64,000 nucleotides of DNA from NCBI GenBank assembly GCA_963816145.1, contig CAWFJP010000003.1:768001-832000 (forward strand). The letters run 5' to 3'. Positions 30,163 through 40,361 of this stretch are shown one piece after another. A program made the position numbers and the translations under genes. A model generated the notes under the pieces. It ran no database searches and was not told the origin of the DNA. It saw only the letters and a program-made list of their open reading frames with translations. The DNA comes from an uncultured delta proteobacterium (GTDB lineage Bacteria > Desulfobacterota > Binatia > UBA9968). Position 1 is the stretch's first letter. Every line of letters begins with the position of its first letter.

Positions 30163-31092
30163 TCAGATGTTTAAAAGTTTCTTCGCATTCAAATAATAAA
30201 TCTTCTCCTTATCCGCCTTTGGCACGTCCAACTCGTCCATCGCCTTGAGCGTCATCGGATAAAATTGATCGTCCTGCCCGGCGCGGCCATGGGGGTAATC
30301 GGCGCCGAAGAGAATCTGCCCCGCGCCGACGGTATCGTACACGAGTTTGATGAACGGCGCGCGAATCGGTCCGGCGGTGTCGTAAAAGATTTTCTTGAAG
30401 TATACTTCCGGCTCTTCCTGACATAGCGGATTGCCCTCGCGCCAGTTGAGCCGGTCGAGGTAACAGAGAATCATCCCGCCCAAATGCGACGCGATCAGTT
30501 TCAATTCCGGATAGCGGTCGAACATGCCGGCATAGACGATGCGCGCGATCGCCAGAGTCGAGTCCGTCGGCCAGAGAATTTTTTGGTGCAGCGAGTATTT
30601 GTCCCAGTTGGCCTGGCAGGGCGCGTTGGACGGATGGAGAAACAACGGCTTTCCGCCCGCCGCCAGCGCATCCCAAAACGGTTTGAACTCAGGTTCATCG
30701 ATATACTTGCCGGCGACATTGGTCGGCATGATCACGCCGTCCATGCGTAATTCCTGGTAGCAGCGCGCCAGTTCGGCGACCGCATCGCCGACATCAAGCA
30801 TCGGCAATCTGGCGAAGGAACGAAAACGCTGAGGATATTTAGCTTGGGCGTTAGCGAATTCGTCGTTAGCCACCTGGCAAAGCTCCTTGGCCCGCGAACG
30901 GCTGCCCAACTTTTCCACCCGGCCGGCGGTATTGGACAGCACGCCGATGTCGATGCCGTACTTGTCCATGACATCGAGATACTCGTTGTGATCGAAAGCA
31001 TGCAGGCCGGTGCCGCGTGAATCGTTTTTCGCCTCCGGGAGCAGTTCAAGATATTTTTGCGGAAAGGCGTGAAAGTGCGTGTCGATGATCAT
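30163..31092 (-). CDS. Amidohydrolase-2 family protein
   Basis: IIDTHFH, LFLHP, GMFDRYPELKLIASHLGG, LFGADYP, NAKKLL. Confidence 0.9.
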   Translation of the reverse strand: MIIDTHFHAFPQKYLELLPEAKNDSRGTGLHAFDHNEYLDVMDKYGIDIGVLSNTAGRVEKLGSRSRAKELCQVANDEFANAQAKYPQRFRSFARLPMLDVGDAVAELARCYQELRMDGVIMPTNVAGKYIDEPEFKPFWDALAAGGKPLFLHPSNAPCQANWDKYSLHQKILWPTDSTLAIARIVYAGMFDRYPELKLIASHLGGMILCYLDRLNWREGNPLCQEEPEVYFKKIFYDTAGPIRAPFIKLVYDTVGAGQILFGADYPHGRAGQDDQFYPMTLKAMDELDVPKADKEKIYYLNAKKLLNI

Positions 31093-31148
31093 GGTGCGAT
31101 CCTCCGATATGCGTACCTAGTCGAAGCTGTCAGAAATAAATAACCTTG

Positions 31149-31226
31149 CACCACGAAGACACGAAGAGCACGAAGTTCGGAAATTTTGTAATCTCAACCC
31201 TTCGTGTCCTTCGTGCCTTCGTGGTG
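31149..31226. repeat. CACGAAG/CTTCGTG inverted-repeat element
   Basis: caccacgaagacacgaagagcacgaagttcgga ... cccttcgtgtccttcgtgccttcgtggtg. Confidence 0.85.
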
Positions 31227-31249
31227 AATATCTTTTTCCGATACTACCG

Positions 31250-32272
31250 CTACTTCACCTGGTCGCCATACAGCCGCTTGACGTAGCCGCTCGCCTCGAT
31301 CTCGCGCAGCAATCGGCCATCGACGAACTCGCGCGGATCGACACCGCGCACCTTTGGATTGGTCTCGCTCACCTGAGTGATGCCGAGCTTCATCGCTTCA
31401 AGATCGGGATAGGGAACCCGCTCAAAAGCCGCGGCATAAACTCGCTGAGTCTCCTCCAACATCGAACGGTCGGTGGTATTGGTATATTTGCCAACCACAC
31501 TCATCGCGAAATTGGCGTCGGTCTTGAACCGGTGCGCGGCTTCGATATGGGCTTCGAGCAACCGGCGAACCGCCGATTCCTGAGTGCGCAAGAGCCGCTG
31601 GGTCACGATCACCGACGACAACGGATAGCGATATCCCGCCGTATTGTAATCGACCAACACACGGAAACCCGCCGCCCGCGCGTGTAATACCGCCGGGAAA
31701 CCGAATGTGCCCCCTTCGACTTGCCCGGCTTTAAGCGCGGCAACGATCTCGGGCAATCCACCCGCCTGGCGGATCATGACATCTTTGTCCGGCACGAGAT
31801 TGTTCTGCCGCAGGTATATGCGAGTGAAAAAATCGGTCACCGTGCCGATGCGCGTTACGCCAATGGTCTTGCCGCGCATATCTTCGATGCGTTGGATCTG
31901 CGGCGCGGCCACCGTGAACACCAGCACGCGAGTGACCGGCAAGGCGACGTAAATCGTGTCCGCTCCCGCCAGCCTGGCATCGACCCCAGCCGGACCGCCG
32001 ACCTCGGCAACGTCAATGCTGCCACCCACCAGAGTCTGAACCGCGCGCGCTCCCGACGCGATGTAGACCAGCTCGACGTCCAAGCCGTGGCGTTGAAAGA
32101 TGCCGGCTTCTTTTGCCATCCATGGCAGCGCAAACGCCGCAGTGATCGCAGCGTAAGCAACCCGAAGTTTTTGCAGCCCTTCAGCGGCACCGGCGGTTTG
32201 CCCAGTGGAAAGCAACGCCAGGAAAATTGCCGTGCCGAGTAAATTGTTTCTGGAACAGAAGAATTTCGTCAT
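31250..32272 (-). CDS. ABC substrate-binding protein, SsuA/THI5 family
   Basis: PWMAKEAGIFQRHGLDVELV, DMRGKTIGVTRIG. Confidence 0.85.
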   Translation of the reverse strand: MTKFFCSRNNLLGTAIFLALLSTGQTAGAAEGLQKLRVAYAAITAAFALPWMAKEAGIFQRHGLDVELVYIASGARAVQTLVGGSIDVAEVGGPAGVDARLAGADTIYVALPVTRVLVFTVAAPQIQRIEDMRGKTIGVTRIGTVTDFFTRIYLRQNNLVPDKDVMIRQAGGLPEIVAALKAGQVEGGTFGFPAVLHARAAGFRVLVDYNTAGYRYPLSSVIVTQRLLRTQESAVRRLLEAHIEAAHRFKTDANFAMSVVGKYTNTTDRSMLEETQRVYAAAFERVPYPDLEAMKLGITQVSETNPKVRGVDPREFVDGRLLREIEASGYVKRLYGDQVK

Positions 32273-32325
32273 CGGTTTCTCCTATCTGCGACTCCGTCAC
32301 TTTGAAGTTAGGGTAATCGGAGTTA

Positions 32326-32628
32326 CTCCCGCAAAGGCGCAAAGCACGCAAAGTTCGGAATTGTTGTCATTTCGACCAAAGTGAGAAGTCTTTCCTAGAT
32401 CCCGCGCATCCACTCGGGATGACGGGCCTCGGCCCGTCGCTTAGCGTCTTTGCGCGTTTGCGGGAGATCCCCCTCCTTCATCCTCCCCCGCACGCGGGGG
32501 AGGACAGAGGTGGGGGCACAATGACGCAACTCCAGTCCCGTCGCATTCGCTCCCGACAAGCTTTGCGGTTAAATACCTGATTCCGAATCTCTTCTTCCGA
32601 CCTTCGTGTCCTTCGCGCCTTCGTGGTG
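32326..32628. mobile_element. Composite palindrome cluster: CGCAAAG/CTTTGCG element enclosing a GTCATTTCGAC..GGGATGAC doublet, then a CCCCC/GGGGG REP and a CTTCGTG arm
   Basis: 32326-32516 is homologous to 37936-38125; degenerate relative at 62322-62480. Confidence 0.75.
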
Positions 32629-32638
32629 AAGACTCTTT

Positions 32639-33628
32639 CTAATAATGCCCTTCGTCACCGCCGGCGTCGCCGGGGTCGGTGTCGAAGAACAATTCGTCCA
32701 CCGACATCTCTTTCTTGATCAGGCCCTGCCCATGGCAATAGCGAATAATCGTTTGAAGATTTTTACGATTCGCTTCGCCCAAGCCATAGACCCAGGGATC
32801 GGGGCCCAGGACTTTGCGTTCTTCCTGCCATTGATGGGCGAACCACGCCAGCGGCACGATACGCGGGTTGACCACGCGTTGATAACAGAGCTGCTTGGCC
32901 TTCTCGAAGGCTTTCGCCAGGCTGACCGCGGCCCAGGGATACTTATCGACGATCTCCTGCTTGATCACGGTGACATGCATGATCGGGAAGATGCCGGTCT
33001 GCTGAAAGTACTCTCGCTCGACTTCTTTATAGTTGGGAAACAAGTACGACACCCTCGGGTCGCCAGTGACGATGGGCCTGGGAATATAGGGATTGATCAT
33101 CGCCGGGATCTCGCCCTCGGCGAGCATCGTGTCCATATGCTTTTCCGCCGGAATCATTTCGATCTTCAGCCCCGGCGGCGGCGTGAACTCGACATCTTCG
33201 CTGCGATCGACGACCCAGGTGATCGACTGATGCGGCACGCCGTACTGCTCTTCGAGGATGCCGCGCAGCCAGATATTGCCCGCCGGTTGAAAGTTGGTGC
33301 CGCCGACTCGCTTGCCGATCAAATCCTTGGGCGACTTGATGCCGGCATTGACGTTGACGAACGCAAAGCCATGGCGGAAGCGCCGGTGCAAAAACACCGG
33401 GATGCTGGTCACCGCCACGCCATGCTCGCGCGCCATGAAATAAGCGCCGACATTGAACTCGCAGACATCGTATTCGAGATTGCGCGCCATGCGCCAATGG
33501 CGCTCGCGCGGCCCATGGCTGGTCAAAATCACCAGCTCAAGCCCATCCGCCTGCACCGTGCCGTCTTTGAGCGCGCGGATGATTTCGTAATCGCCGCAGG
33601 CCACGGAAAGTTTAAGTTTTGCTGACAT
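32639..33628 (-). CDS. 4,5-dihydroxyphthalate decarboxylase-like protein (periplasmic-binding fold, no signal peptide)
   Basis: LSVACGDY....ALKDGTV, PVFLHRRFRH, W.RGIL.EQYGV, YFQQTGIFPIMH, DPWVYG...NRKNL. Confidence 0.8.
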   Translation of the reverse strand: MSAKLKLSVACGDYEIIRALKDGTVQADGLELVILTSHGPRERHWRMARNLEYDVCEFNVGAYFMAREHGVAVTSIPVFLHRRFRHGFAFVNVNAGIKSPKDLIGKRVGGTNFQPAGNIWLRGILEEQYGVPHQSITWVVDRSEDVEFTPPPGLKIEMIPAEKHMDTMLAEGEIPAMINPYIPRPIVTGDPRVSYLFPNYKEVEREYFQQTGIFPIMHVTVIKQEIVDKYPWAAVSLAKAFEKAKQLCYQRVVNPRIVPLAWFAHQWQEERKVLGPDPWVYGLGEANRKNLQTIIRYCHGQGLIKKEMSVDELFFDTDPGDAGGDEGHY

Positions 33629-33725
33629 CAATCGACTCCTTCAAGCGACTTGCGGTCCTGTAGTGTAGGTTTATGACTCTTCAGGGTTATGTGCGGGAAA
33701 CTGAGCACGACCACCTAGATTGCTT

Positions 33726-34008
33726 TCACCACGAAGTGTCCATGAGCGTACGCTCGTCTACAGAGTATGAAATTGCAGCCACACCCCAACCATCACAGGG
33801 TTCTTCCCTTGATTCGTCATGCCGGCGAAGGCCGGCATCCAGGGGAGGGAGGGGATGGATACCGGCTTTCGCCGGTATGACGGAAGCCTCGTGCCAATTC
33901 GTCGCCCAGATCGTACCTGCACATTTATTTTCGAATGAGATCACGAAGGACACAACGGGTTCGGATAATCCAAACTCCGAACTTCGTGTGCTTCGTGTCC
34001 TTCGTGGT
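33726..34008 (-). mobile_element. Composite nested palindromic miniature element, about 280 bp (copy 2)
   Basis: Reverse-complement homolog of 13102-13378; inner REP doublet at 33816-33881. Confidence 0.75.
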
Positions 34009-34067
34009 AAAAACTCTTTCACACTATACCCAGACAAACCTCGCGTATTGATCCGTCGCTCCATTTC

Positions 34068-35057
34068 TCATTGATACAGCTTCTGCACGAAGCCTTCCTT
34101 TTCAATCTCGTCGATCAAGCTCATGTCGACAAACTCGCCGGGGTTTCTTTGCCCGGCGTTGATCGAGGTAAGTATATTCTTGATCCCTTCCATTTCCGTG
34201 CGCGGCGTTCGTGCCAGGCGATCGGCGAAAAATTTGTAAGTTCCCTCCACTGCTTCGGCGTCGCTGATCTGCAAGTATTTGCGCAGAATTTTCAGGCTGC
34301 CCTCTCGATTGGTCTTGACGTAGTGCATGCCTTCGATCTGCCCTTTGAGAAATCCCTTGATCGCCGCGCGGTTTTGCTGCAAGTCGGTGCGCGTGACGAT
34401 ATTCGACGTGTTGGTGAAAAAACCGAAGTCGCCGATGTCGGCGAGCACGTTCATGCCGAGCTTACGCGCCTGATAGATCTCGGGATAGGACTGCACCGTC
34501 GCATCGACCTTCTTGGTTATCAGCGCAGCCATTCGCGCCGAAGTGCCGCCGGTCTGGAGCATGGAAATATCCTTGGGATCCATTTTCCACGCTTTGATCG
34601 CCATCAGCACTGCCGCGTCGTTGGAGCCGCCGAAGCGATTGATACCGATCACCTTGCCGCGCAGCTGCTGCGGCTCTTTGATCTCAGGACGGGAGACCAA
34701 CAGCATCGGCAATTTATTTTCCAAGGTCGCCACGATCACCACCGGCGCCCCCTGTGTGGCTCCGATCACGGCTGACGAGGCCGCGGTTTGCGTCAGTTGC
34801 AAGCTGCCGCCGACCAGCGCCTGAATGTTGGGCGAGCCGGCTTGGATCAAGATCGTCTCCAGATCGACGCCATACTTCTTGCTGAAACCCAACTCCCGGT
34901 TGACCCACAGCGGCAGCTGATAACCGGCCGTGCCGCCGTAACTCACCCGAAAGCGCATGGCTTCGGCGGCACCAACGTTCACCTGGAGCGGTCCAAAAGT
35001 TAAAACAAACATGATGGCGCAAGCCACTAATCCCCGACGATCTGCCATGATATTCAT
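34068..35057 (-). CDS. ABC substrate-binding protein, SsuA/THI5 family
   Basis: PLWVNRELGFSKKYGVD, QLRGKVIGINRFGG; RBS GAGG. Confidence 0.85.
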   Translation of the reverse strand: MNIMADRRGLVACAIMFVLTFGPLQVNVGAAEAMRFRVSYGGTAGYQLPLWVNRELGFSKKYGVDLETILIQAGSPNIQALVGGSLQLTQTAASSAVIGATQGAPVVIVATLENKLPMLLVSRPEIKEPQQLRGKVIGINRFGGSNDAAVLMAIKAWKMDPKDISMLQTGGTSARMAALITKKVDATVQSYPEIYQARKLGMNVLADIGDFGFFTNTSNIVTRTDLQQNRAAIKGFLKGQIEGMHYVKTNREGSLKILRKYLQISDAEAVEGTYKFFADRLARTPRTEMEGIKNILTSINAGQRNPGEFVDMSLIDEIEKEGFVQKLYQ

Positions 35058-35271
35058 AAGTTTCACCTCGCTACTTTTAGCCCGACAACCGGCGCCGTTC
35101 GGTCCAACCGCCATCAAACCCTAACCGATAGCGACTTCTTGCGTCAAGACGAAGTTCACCGTAGGTCAACTCTGAGCCACCCTAATGGCAAAACAGCACT
35201 GCCGTTCGAGCATTTCCAGCCTTGTGAACGGTAGAAAGTATAAGTATTCTTGAGAGGCAAGGAGACCTCAC

Positions 35272-35571
35272 ATGGGCAAAGCAGCCGACATAGGTACGTT
35301 CATTGTGCTTACTCCAGAGGTTCGTTCTGGCCGAGCGAGGATCGCTGGCACCGGGGTCACGGTACGGCGCATCGTTGAGTGGTATAAGTCGGGCTTGAGC
35401 CCTGAGGAAATTGCTAACGAGATCGGCCATCTGACTCTGGCGCAGGTGTTCGCCGCGTTGGCCTACTACCATGCGAATCGGCAAGAGATCGAAAACGATC
35501 TCGCTCTCGAAAACGATCTCGCCGAGAAGCTGGAGACCAAACGATCGTCCGCCAATGATCACGGCACGTGA
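35272..35571 (+). CDS. DUF433 domain protein (putative antitoxin)
   Basis: GRARIAGTGVTVRRIV, GLSPEEIA, LTLAQVFAALAYYHANRQEI. Confidence 0.88.
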   Translation: MGKAADIGTFIVLTPEVRSGRARIAGTGVTVRRIVEWYKSGLSPEEIANEIGHLTLAQVFAALAYYHANRQEIENDLALENDLAEKLETKRSSANDHGT

Positions 35572-35927
35572 AGATCCGCCTCTACTTGGAGGAAGACTCC
35601 ATGACCCACGCCCTCGTCAGGGGATTACGAGCACGTGGCGTCGACGTGACCACCGCGTTAGAAGGTGACATGATCGAGCGCCCCGATGAGGCGCACCTCA
35701 TCTTCGCGGCCGAAGCGAACCGAACGCTATACAGCTTCAATGTCGGAGATTTCTACCATCTGCACAATAAATTCATCGCCGAACAGCGAGAACACGCAGG
35801 ATTAATTCTCAGCCGCCAGCAACAGTTCACCGTCGGCGAACAACTGCGCCGCCTTCTCAGGCTCATCGCGACGGTGCCAGCCGAAGAGATGAAAAATCGC
35901 GTGGAGTTTCTGAGCGCATGGGGTTAA
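35568..35927 (+). CDS. DUF5615 PIN-like protein (putative toxin)
   Basis: IRLYLEED, LRARGVDV, DEAHLIFA, SFNVGDF, HAGLIL; GTGA overlap with the DUF433 gene. Confidence 0.85.
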   Translation: MKIRLYLEEDSMTHALVRGLRARGVDVTTALEGDMIERPDEAHLIFAAEANRTLYSFNVGDFYHLHNKFIAEQREHAGLILSRQQQFTVGEQLRRLLRLIATVPAEEMKNRVEFLSAWG

Positions 35928-36019
35928 CAATTTGGATTTATCCACATTCCCAGGTCTCGATGAATCGGATTTCTGACAGAAGGCGTACGTGCGCCTTGTC
36001 ACGATTCGAGCCGGAAAAT

Positions 36020-37012
36020 TCACCGAATGATCTTGCTCGCCCGCGCCAATACCTCGGCCGGAATCGTCAGGCCGATCTGCTTTGCGGTCTTGAGGTTGAT
36101 CACCAACTCAAACTTCGTCGGCTGTTCGACGGGTAGATCAGCGGGCTTAGTTCCCTTCAGAATTCTATCGACGTAATAGGCGACGCGCCGGTAGCTATCC
36201 GCCAGGTCCGCGCCGTAGAACATGAGCCCACCGATGTCGATAAATTCTCGGTTGCTGTACACCGACGGTAGCCGGCTCTTCAACGCAAAATCCCCAATCC
36301 GTTGCAGGTTCCGATTCATTCGTCCGCCCGAGGTCACGTAGAGCCCGGCCGGCCGATCCTTCCCTAGTGCAGCGAATACCCTCTCGAAATCGTCCACAGC
36401 CCGTAAACCCAAATACCGAGCGGTTAACCCCAGCCCACGCACCGCCGCTGGGAGATCCTCTTTCACCTCGATCGTACCGGACGGAATGGTCGCATCGTAG
36501 AGAATCGCGACACGACTAAGTTTGGGAACAATATCTTTGAGGATCTCGAGCCGCTTTCCACCGAGTTCTCTCGAAAGGGTTGTGAGGCCGGTGACGTTGC
36601 CCCCGGGACGGGCAAGGCTTTCAACAAGCCCTAGTTCGACAGGATCACCCGAAAGAGCCGCCATAACGATTGGAATCGTCTTGGTTGCATTCTTAGCCGC
36701 CAGGATTGGCCCGGACCCTCCGGCTACAATAATAAGGTCAACCTTGAGCCCCACCAGGTCGGCGATAAGCTCAGGAGCGCGATCGAGCTTTCCCTGCATA
36801 TACCGGTACTCGATAACGATATTCTGTCCATCTATGTAACCAAGTTCGCGCAGGGCGTACCGAATTGCATCCGAACGGAGGGACTCAAGAGTTGGGTTGA
36901 ATGCGGAGAAATACCCGATCCGGGAAACTTTCTTCGGCTGCTGCGCCTCGGCAAGCGAAACACTTACCAGCAGGACAGCTAAGACTAACCGAATCATGTT
37001 TTTCTTTTTCAT
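36020..37012 (-). CDS. ABC_sub_bind family binding protein (start 37012 or 37042)
   Basis: AEAQQPKK, LGYIDGQNI, SLARPGGNVTG, LPVEQPTKFELVINLKTAKQIG. Confidence 0.9.
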   Translation of the reverse strand: MKKKNMIRLVLAVLLVSVSLAEAQQPKKVSRIGYFSAFNPTLESLRSDAIRYALRELGYIDGQNIVIEYRYMQGKLDRAPELIADLVGLKVDLIIVAGGSGPILAAKNATKTIPIVMAALSGDPVELGLVESLARPGGNVTGLTTLSRELGGKRLEILKDIVPKLSRVAILYDATIPSGTIEVKEDLPAAVRGLGLTARYLGLRAVDDFERVFAALGKDRPAGLYVTSGGRMNRNLQRIGDFALKSRLPSVYSNREFIDIGGLMFYGADLADSYRRVAYYVDRILKGTKPADLPVEQPTKFELVINLKTAKQIGLTIPAEVLARASKIIR

Positions 37013-37057
37013 TGGCTCAATTTCGATTCGCTGCCGACTCATTAGCCTTAGATGCTT

Positions 37058-37897
37058 TCAACTTTTGGCGTGAATCCCTGCGCCCATCACATAGTCATAC
37101 AGATTCGCCACGTTTAGCTGCATGACCCGCGGCGCCATGCCGTCTTGCTCCACGTCCATCGGATAACGATCCGTGAGTGCCGTCAGGTTGGCGAGGCATT
37201 CCGCCTTGCTCATACCACGCCCGACGGTATTGCGCACGTAATCCACCCACTCTTGAATGAACGCCTCTTGTTCATTCAAATAACTCTTGTCGCACACTGG
37301 CCCGTGGCCGGGGACCAGCGTCTCTTCCCGCAGCGCGCGGAGCGCATTCAGAGACCTCAGCCAATTATCCGGCTGCCCTTCCTGTATCCACGTCTGTACC
37401 TTGCAGAAAATATTGTCGCTGGTGAAAACCACGCCTTCCTCTTCGACCACAACCGCCGCTTGATACGGCGTGTGGCCGGGCATGTGGATCATGCGGAAAG
37501 TGTGATTGCCGACATGCAATTTCATTTCAGTTTCAAAGGTAATCACCGGCGCATTGGCTCGGTAGTTCTCGAGTAACTTTGGCTCCTCCGGGCCGAAGGA
37601 CGCGACCCGCGCCAGATGCTCGGTCATGTTTGCCGCCAGCATGCGCGCGCGCACCCCCGCGTGTGCCACCACCGGCACGTCGAAGAATGCGTTGCCGGTC
37701 CAGTGATCGCCATGGGGTTCGGTGTTGATAATGTAGCGCAGCTTGCCGCGCCGCTCGATCTCCGCACGTAAGCGCACCGCATCACTCGGCTTGTGCGGCG
37801 TGTCGATGAGGACCAGCCCATCCGAGGTCGTCACCAAGCCATGATTGGCGCCCTTCTGCTGGGTTTCGATGACTACGTTACTCGTCAACTGCTGCAT
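37058..37897 (-). CDS. Metallo-beta-lactamase-fold hydrolase/cyclase
   Basis: INTEPHGDHWTGN, PGHT, FTSD, VPGHG. Confidence 0.88.
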   Translation of the reverse strand: MQQLTSNVVIETQQKGANHGLVTTSDGLVLIDTPHKPSDAVRLRAEIERRGKLRYIINTEPHGDHWTGNAFFDVPVVAHAGVRARMLAANMTEHLARVASFGPEEPKLLENYRANAPVITFETEMKLHVGNHTFRMIHMPGHTPYQAAVVVEEEGVVFTSDNIFCKVQTWIQEGQPDNWLRSLNALRALREETLVPGHGPVCDKSYLNEQEAFIQEWVDYVRNTVGRGMSKAECLANLTALTDRYPMDVEQDGMAPRVMQLNVANLYDYVMGAGIHAKS

Positions 37898-37935
37898 AAG
37901 TGATCCTTTCTGCTGTCATCTCGGAGAAGAATGAT

Positions 37936-38125
37936 TCTCCCGCAAAGGCGCAAAGACGCGAAGCTCGGAATTGTTGTCATTTCGACCGGCGGGAGAAATC
38001 TCTCTCAGATCCCTCGCATCCGTTCGGGATGACGGCCTCCGGCCCGTCACCTTTGCGCCTTTGCGGGAGATACTTCCCCCTCCTCTTTCCTCCCCCGCAT
38101 CGCGGGGGAGGATGAAGGTGGGGGT
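37936..38125. mobile_element. Composite palindrome cluster, homolog of 32326-32516
   Basis: tctcccgcaaaggcgcaaagacgcgaag..gtcatttcgac..gggatgac..ctttgcgcctttgcgggaga followed by ccccctcct..cctcccccgc..gcgggggagg..ggtggggg. Confidence 0.75.
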
Positions 38126-38152
38126 GCGACCTATGTGTTCTTTGTGGTCATC

Positions 38153-39932
38153 TCATCTTCTCCACTCGACCTGCCGCAATACTCCGGTCGCTTCCATATC
38201 CAGCTCGAACTCTCGACCCGATTGCCGGATTACGACACCATACTCGCTGCGAGCGGCATCCATCGAAACATATCCCGAGCGCACGTCGGCGAGCACGCGC
38301 TGCGGATCGCGTTCCAGCGGATTCCAGAAGCCACCGCCACCGCCGACCTCAACGATAAAACCGTCGCCGGCATCGAGCGGCACGATGCCTGGGGTCTTGC
38401 CGGTGCGCATTTTTTCGATGGAACCGTCTTTTCGCACGACGGTGAAACGATTCGCCAACGCCTCCCCGCCGCCGTAGAGTCCCCAGGGCGCGCATAGGCT
38501 CCGCTCCATCGCCGATAACACGTTGCCGCGCGACAGCAAGCGCACCTCCTGGGCGACGCCCAGGCCGCCGCGAAATTTTCCTGGGCCGCCGGAATCCTGG
38601 CGCAACTTACGATGGACGACGATCACCGGCGCCTTGCCTTCGGCCGCCTCCACCGGCGTGTTGTGGGTATCGCCGTCGTTAATACAGAAGGTCGCGTTCT
38701 GGCCGTCCGCGTCGCTCAAGCGCGCCCCAGCCGCCGCCGGAGAGCAGCGGCGGAAAATGGAAAGATCGACCGGTTGCGGGATCAAGACCGAAGAGCCGGG
38801 TCGCCGCCAGATCGGCGTGATGCCCGGCGAGAATATTCTGCGGCGTCGCCTGCGCCAACGCTTTGAAAATTGTATCCGCCACCGTCATCGGCACGGTCAT
38901 CCAGGTGCGCACCGGCGCCGGCTTGGTCGCGCTGACGATCCGACCCGGCGGGAGAATGATTTTCAGCGGCCGAAACGAGCCCTCGTTGATCGGCAGCAAT
39001 AACGGCGTCGTCAAGAATTTGAAAGCTACTTCCGACGCCGAACGCCCAGCAGTCGCGCCGGAGTTGTATGGACCGGCCACCTGCGGGCTCACGCCGCTCA
39101 GATCGACGGTCAATTCGTCGGCCTTTACTTCGACCCGTACCTTGATCGGGATCGGTTTGCCAATGATGACGCCGTCGTCGTCCATGAACGACTCGGCCTG
39201 GTAGACACCGTCGGGAATTTTATCCACCGCGGCACGCGCCAGCTTTTCGCTCTGGTCGAAGATGAGTCTGATACTTTGCTTGAAAGTCTCGGCGCCATAG
39301 CGTTCCAGCAGCCGGTTGAGCCGTCGTTCGCCGGTACGTATCGCTGCGATCTGCGCGCGAAAATCGCCCATGGCGAAGTGCGGTAAGCGGCAGTTGCTCC
39401 GGATGATTTCCGTCAATTCCATGTCCTGCTTGCCGCCTTTGAATATTTTAACGAACGGCATCTGCAAACCTTCAGAAAAAACATCCCGCGTTACCATGCC
39501 CAATACGCCGCCGACATCCTGCCAGTGCCCCATGGACGACGAGAACGCGATCAATTCGTCGTCATGAAAGATCGGCAGCGAAAAGATCATATGGTTCAAG
39601 TGGCTGCCCATCACCTGCGGGTCATTGGTGAGCAAGATGTCGCCGGGATGAATATTTTCCTTGCCCCAATGCTTAAGCTTCGCCTTGATCGCGTCCGACA
39701 AGCCGCGAATGAACATGGGTAGGCCGAGTCCAATGGAGATCGTATTGCCGTCGGCATCGAACAGCCCGACCGTGAAATCCTCCGCTTCATAGATGATCAT
39801 GTTGTAGGCGGTGCGCATGAGATTGGTCTTCATCTCATCGGTGATCGCCACCACGGAACTGCGAATCACCTCGGCGGTGAAGGCATCAACTCCGGCCTCG
39901 CTTTGCGAGGCATTACAGATTGCAGATTCCAT
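38153..39932 (-). pseudogene. Hydantoinase B/oxoprolinase family protein with a single +1 frameshift near 38720
   Basis: EMKTNLMRTAY, HWQDVGG, GGGWGA then LSDADG..NTPVE..DSGGPGKFRGG..GGGGFWNP.ER in the next frame. Confidence 0.8.
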
Positions 39933-40130
39933 ATTTCAAGCTTGTCGACTAAAGCCTTAAAGTCAGCTAGCTATAATTGAGACTCTTTGCTTCATGGACT
40001 CACTGTAATCGAAGAGCTACTATCGATCCACAGAAAGGTTGACGCGCAAATGATAGACGATTTATTGTTACTCATGTTCATGTCCAGGGGGAATACAGGC
40101 ATGGCGTGCCTGCTATAGGAAGCTAGATTC

Positions 40131-40361
40131 ATGGCTAAGAATCCATTATTGACCAAAGAGAAAATAAGAACCAAATACCCTAATCAGTGGCTGCTCCTGG
40201 AAGATTTCGAACTAGATGCATCGACCACTCTGCTCAAGGGGAGAGTAATCGCCCACAGTAAGGATCGCGATGAAATTCATCGCGCCCTTAAGAAGCATGC
40301 GGGAAACCTCTGCGTCCATTTCACCGGCACGGTCGCTCCCGATACTGGAGTTATTTTCTAA
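40131..40361 (+). CDS. Small hypothetical protein (DUF5678-like), upstream partner of an aspartyl protease
   Basis: KYPNQWLL, GRVIAHSKDRDEI, HFTG; TAATG overlap with the next gene. Confidence 0.7.
   Translation: MAKNPLLTKEKIRTKYPNQWLLLEDFELDASTTLLKGRVIAHSKDRDEIHRALKKHAGNLCVHFTGTVAPDTGVIF

Noticed and set aside
32645-33625. 326-aa plus-strand ORF, and similar long antisense ORFs such as 6296-7177, 11185-11919 and 56141-56986
   Set aside because: These are shadow ORFs opposite well-supported genes in GC-rich DNA, with no motifs.
33673-34074. ORFs over palindromic elements (also 13094-13368, 19683-19949, 37900-38477)
   Set aside because: They are translations of repeat DNA (WIPAFAGMT, LRVLRVLRG), not genes.
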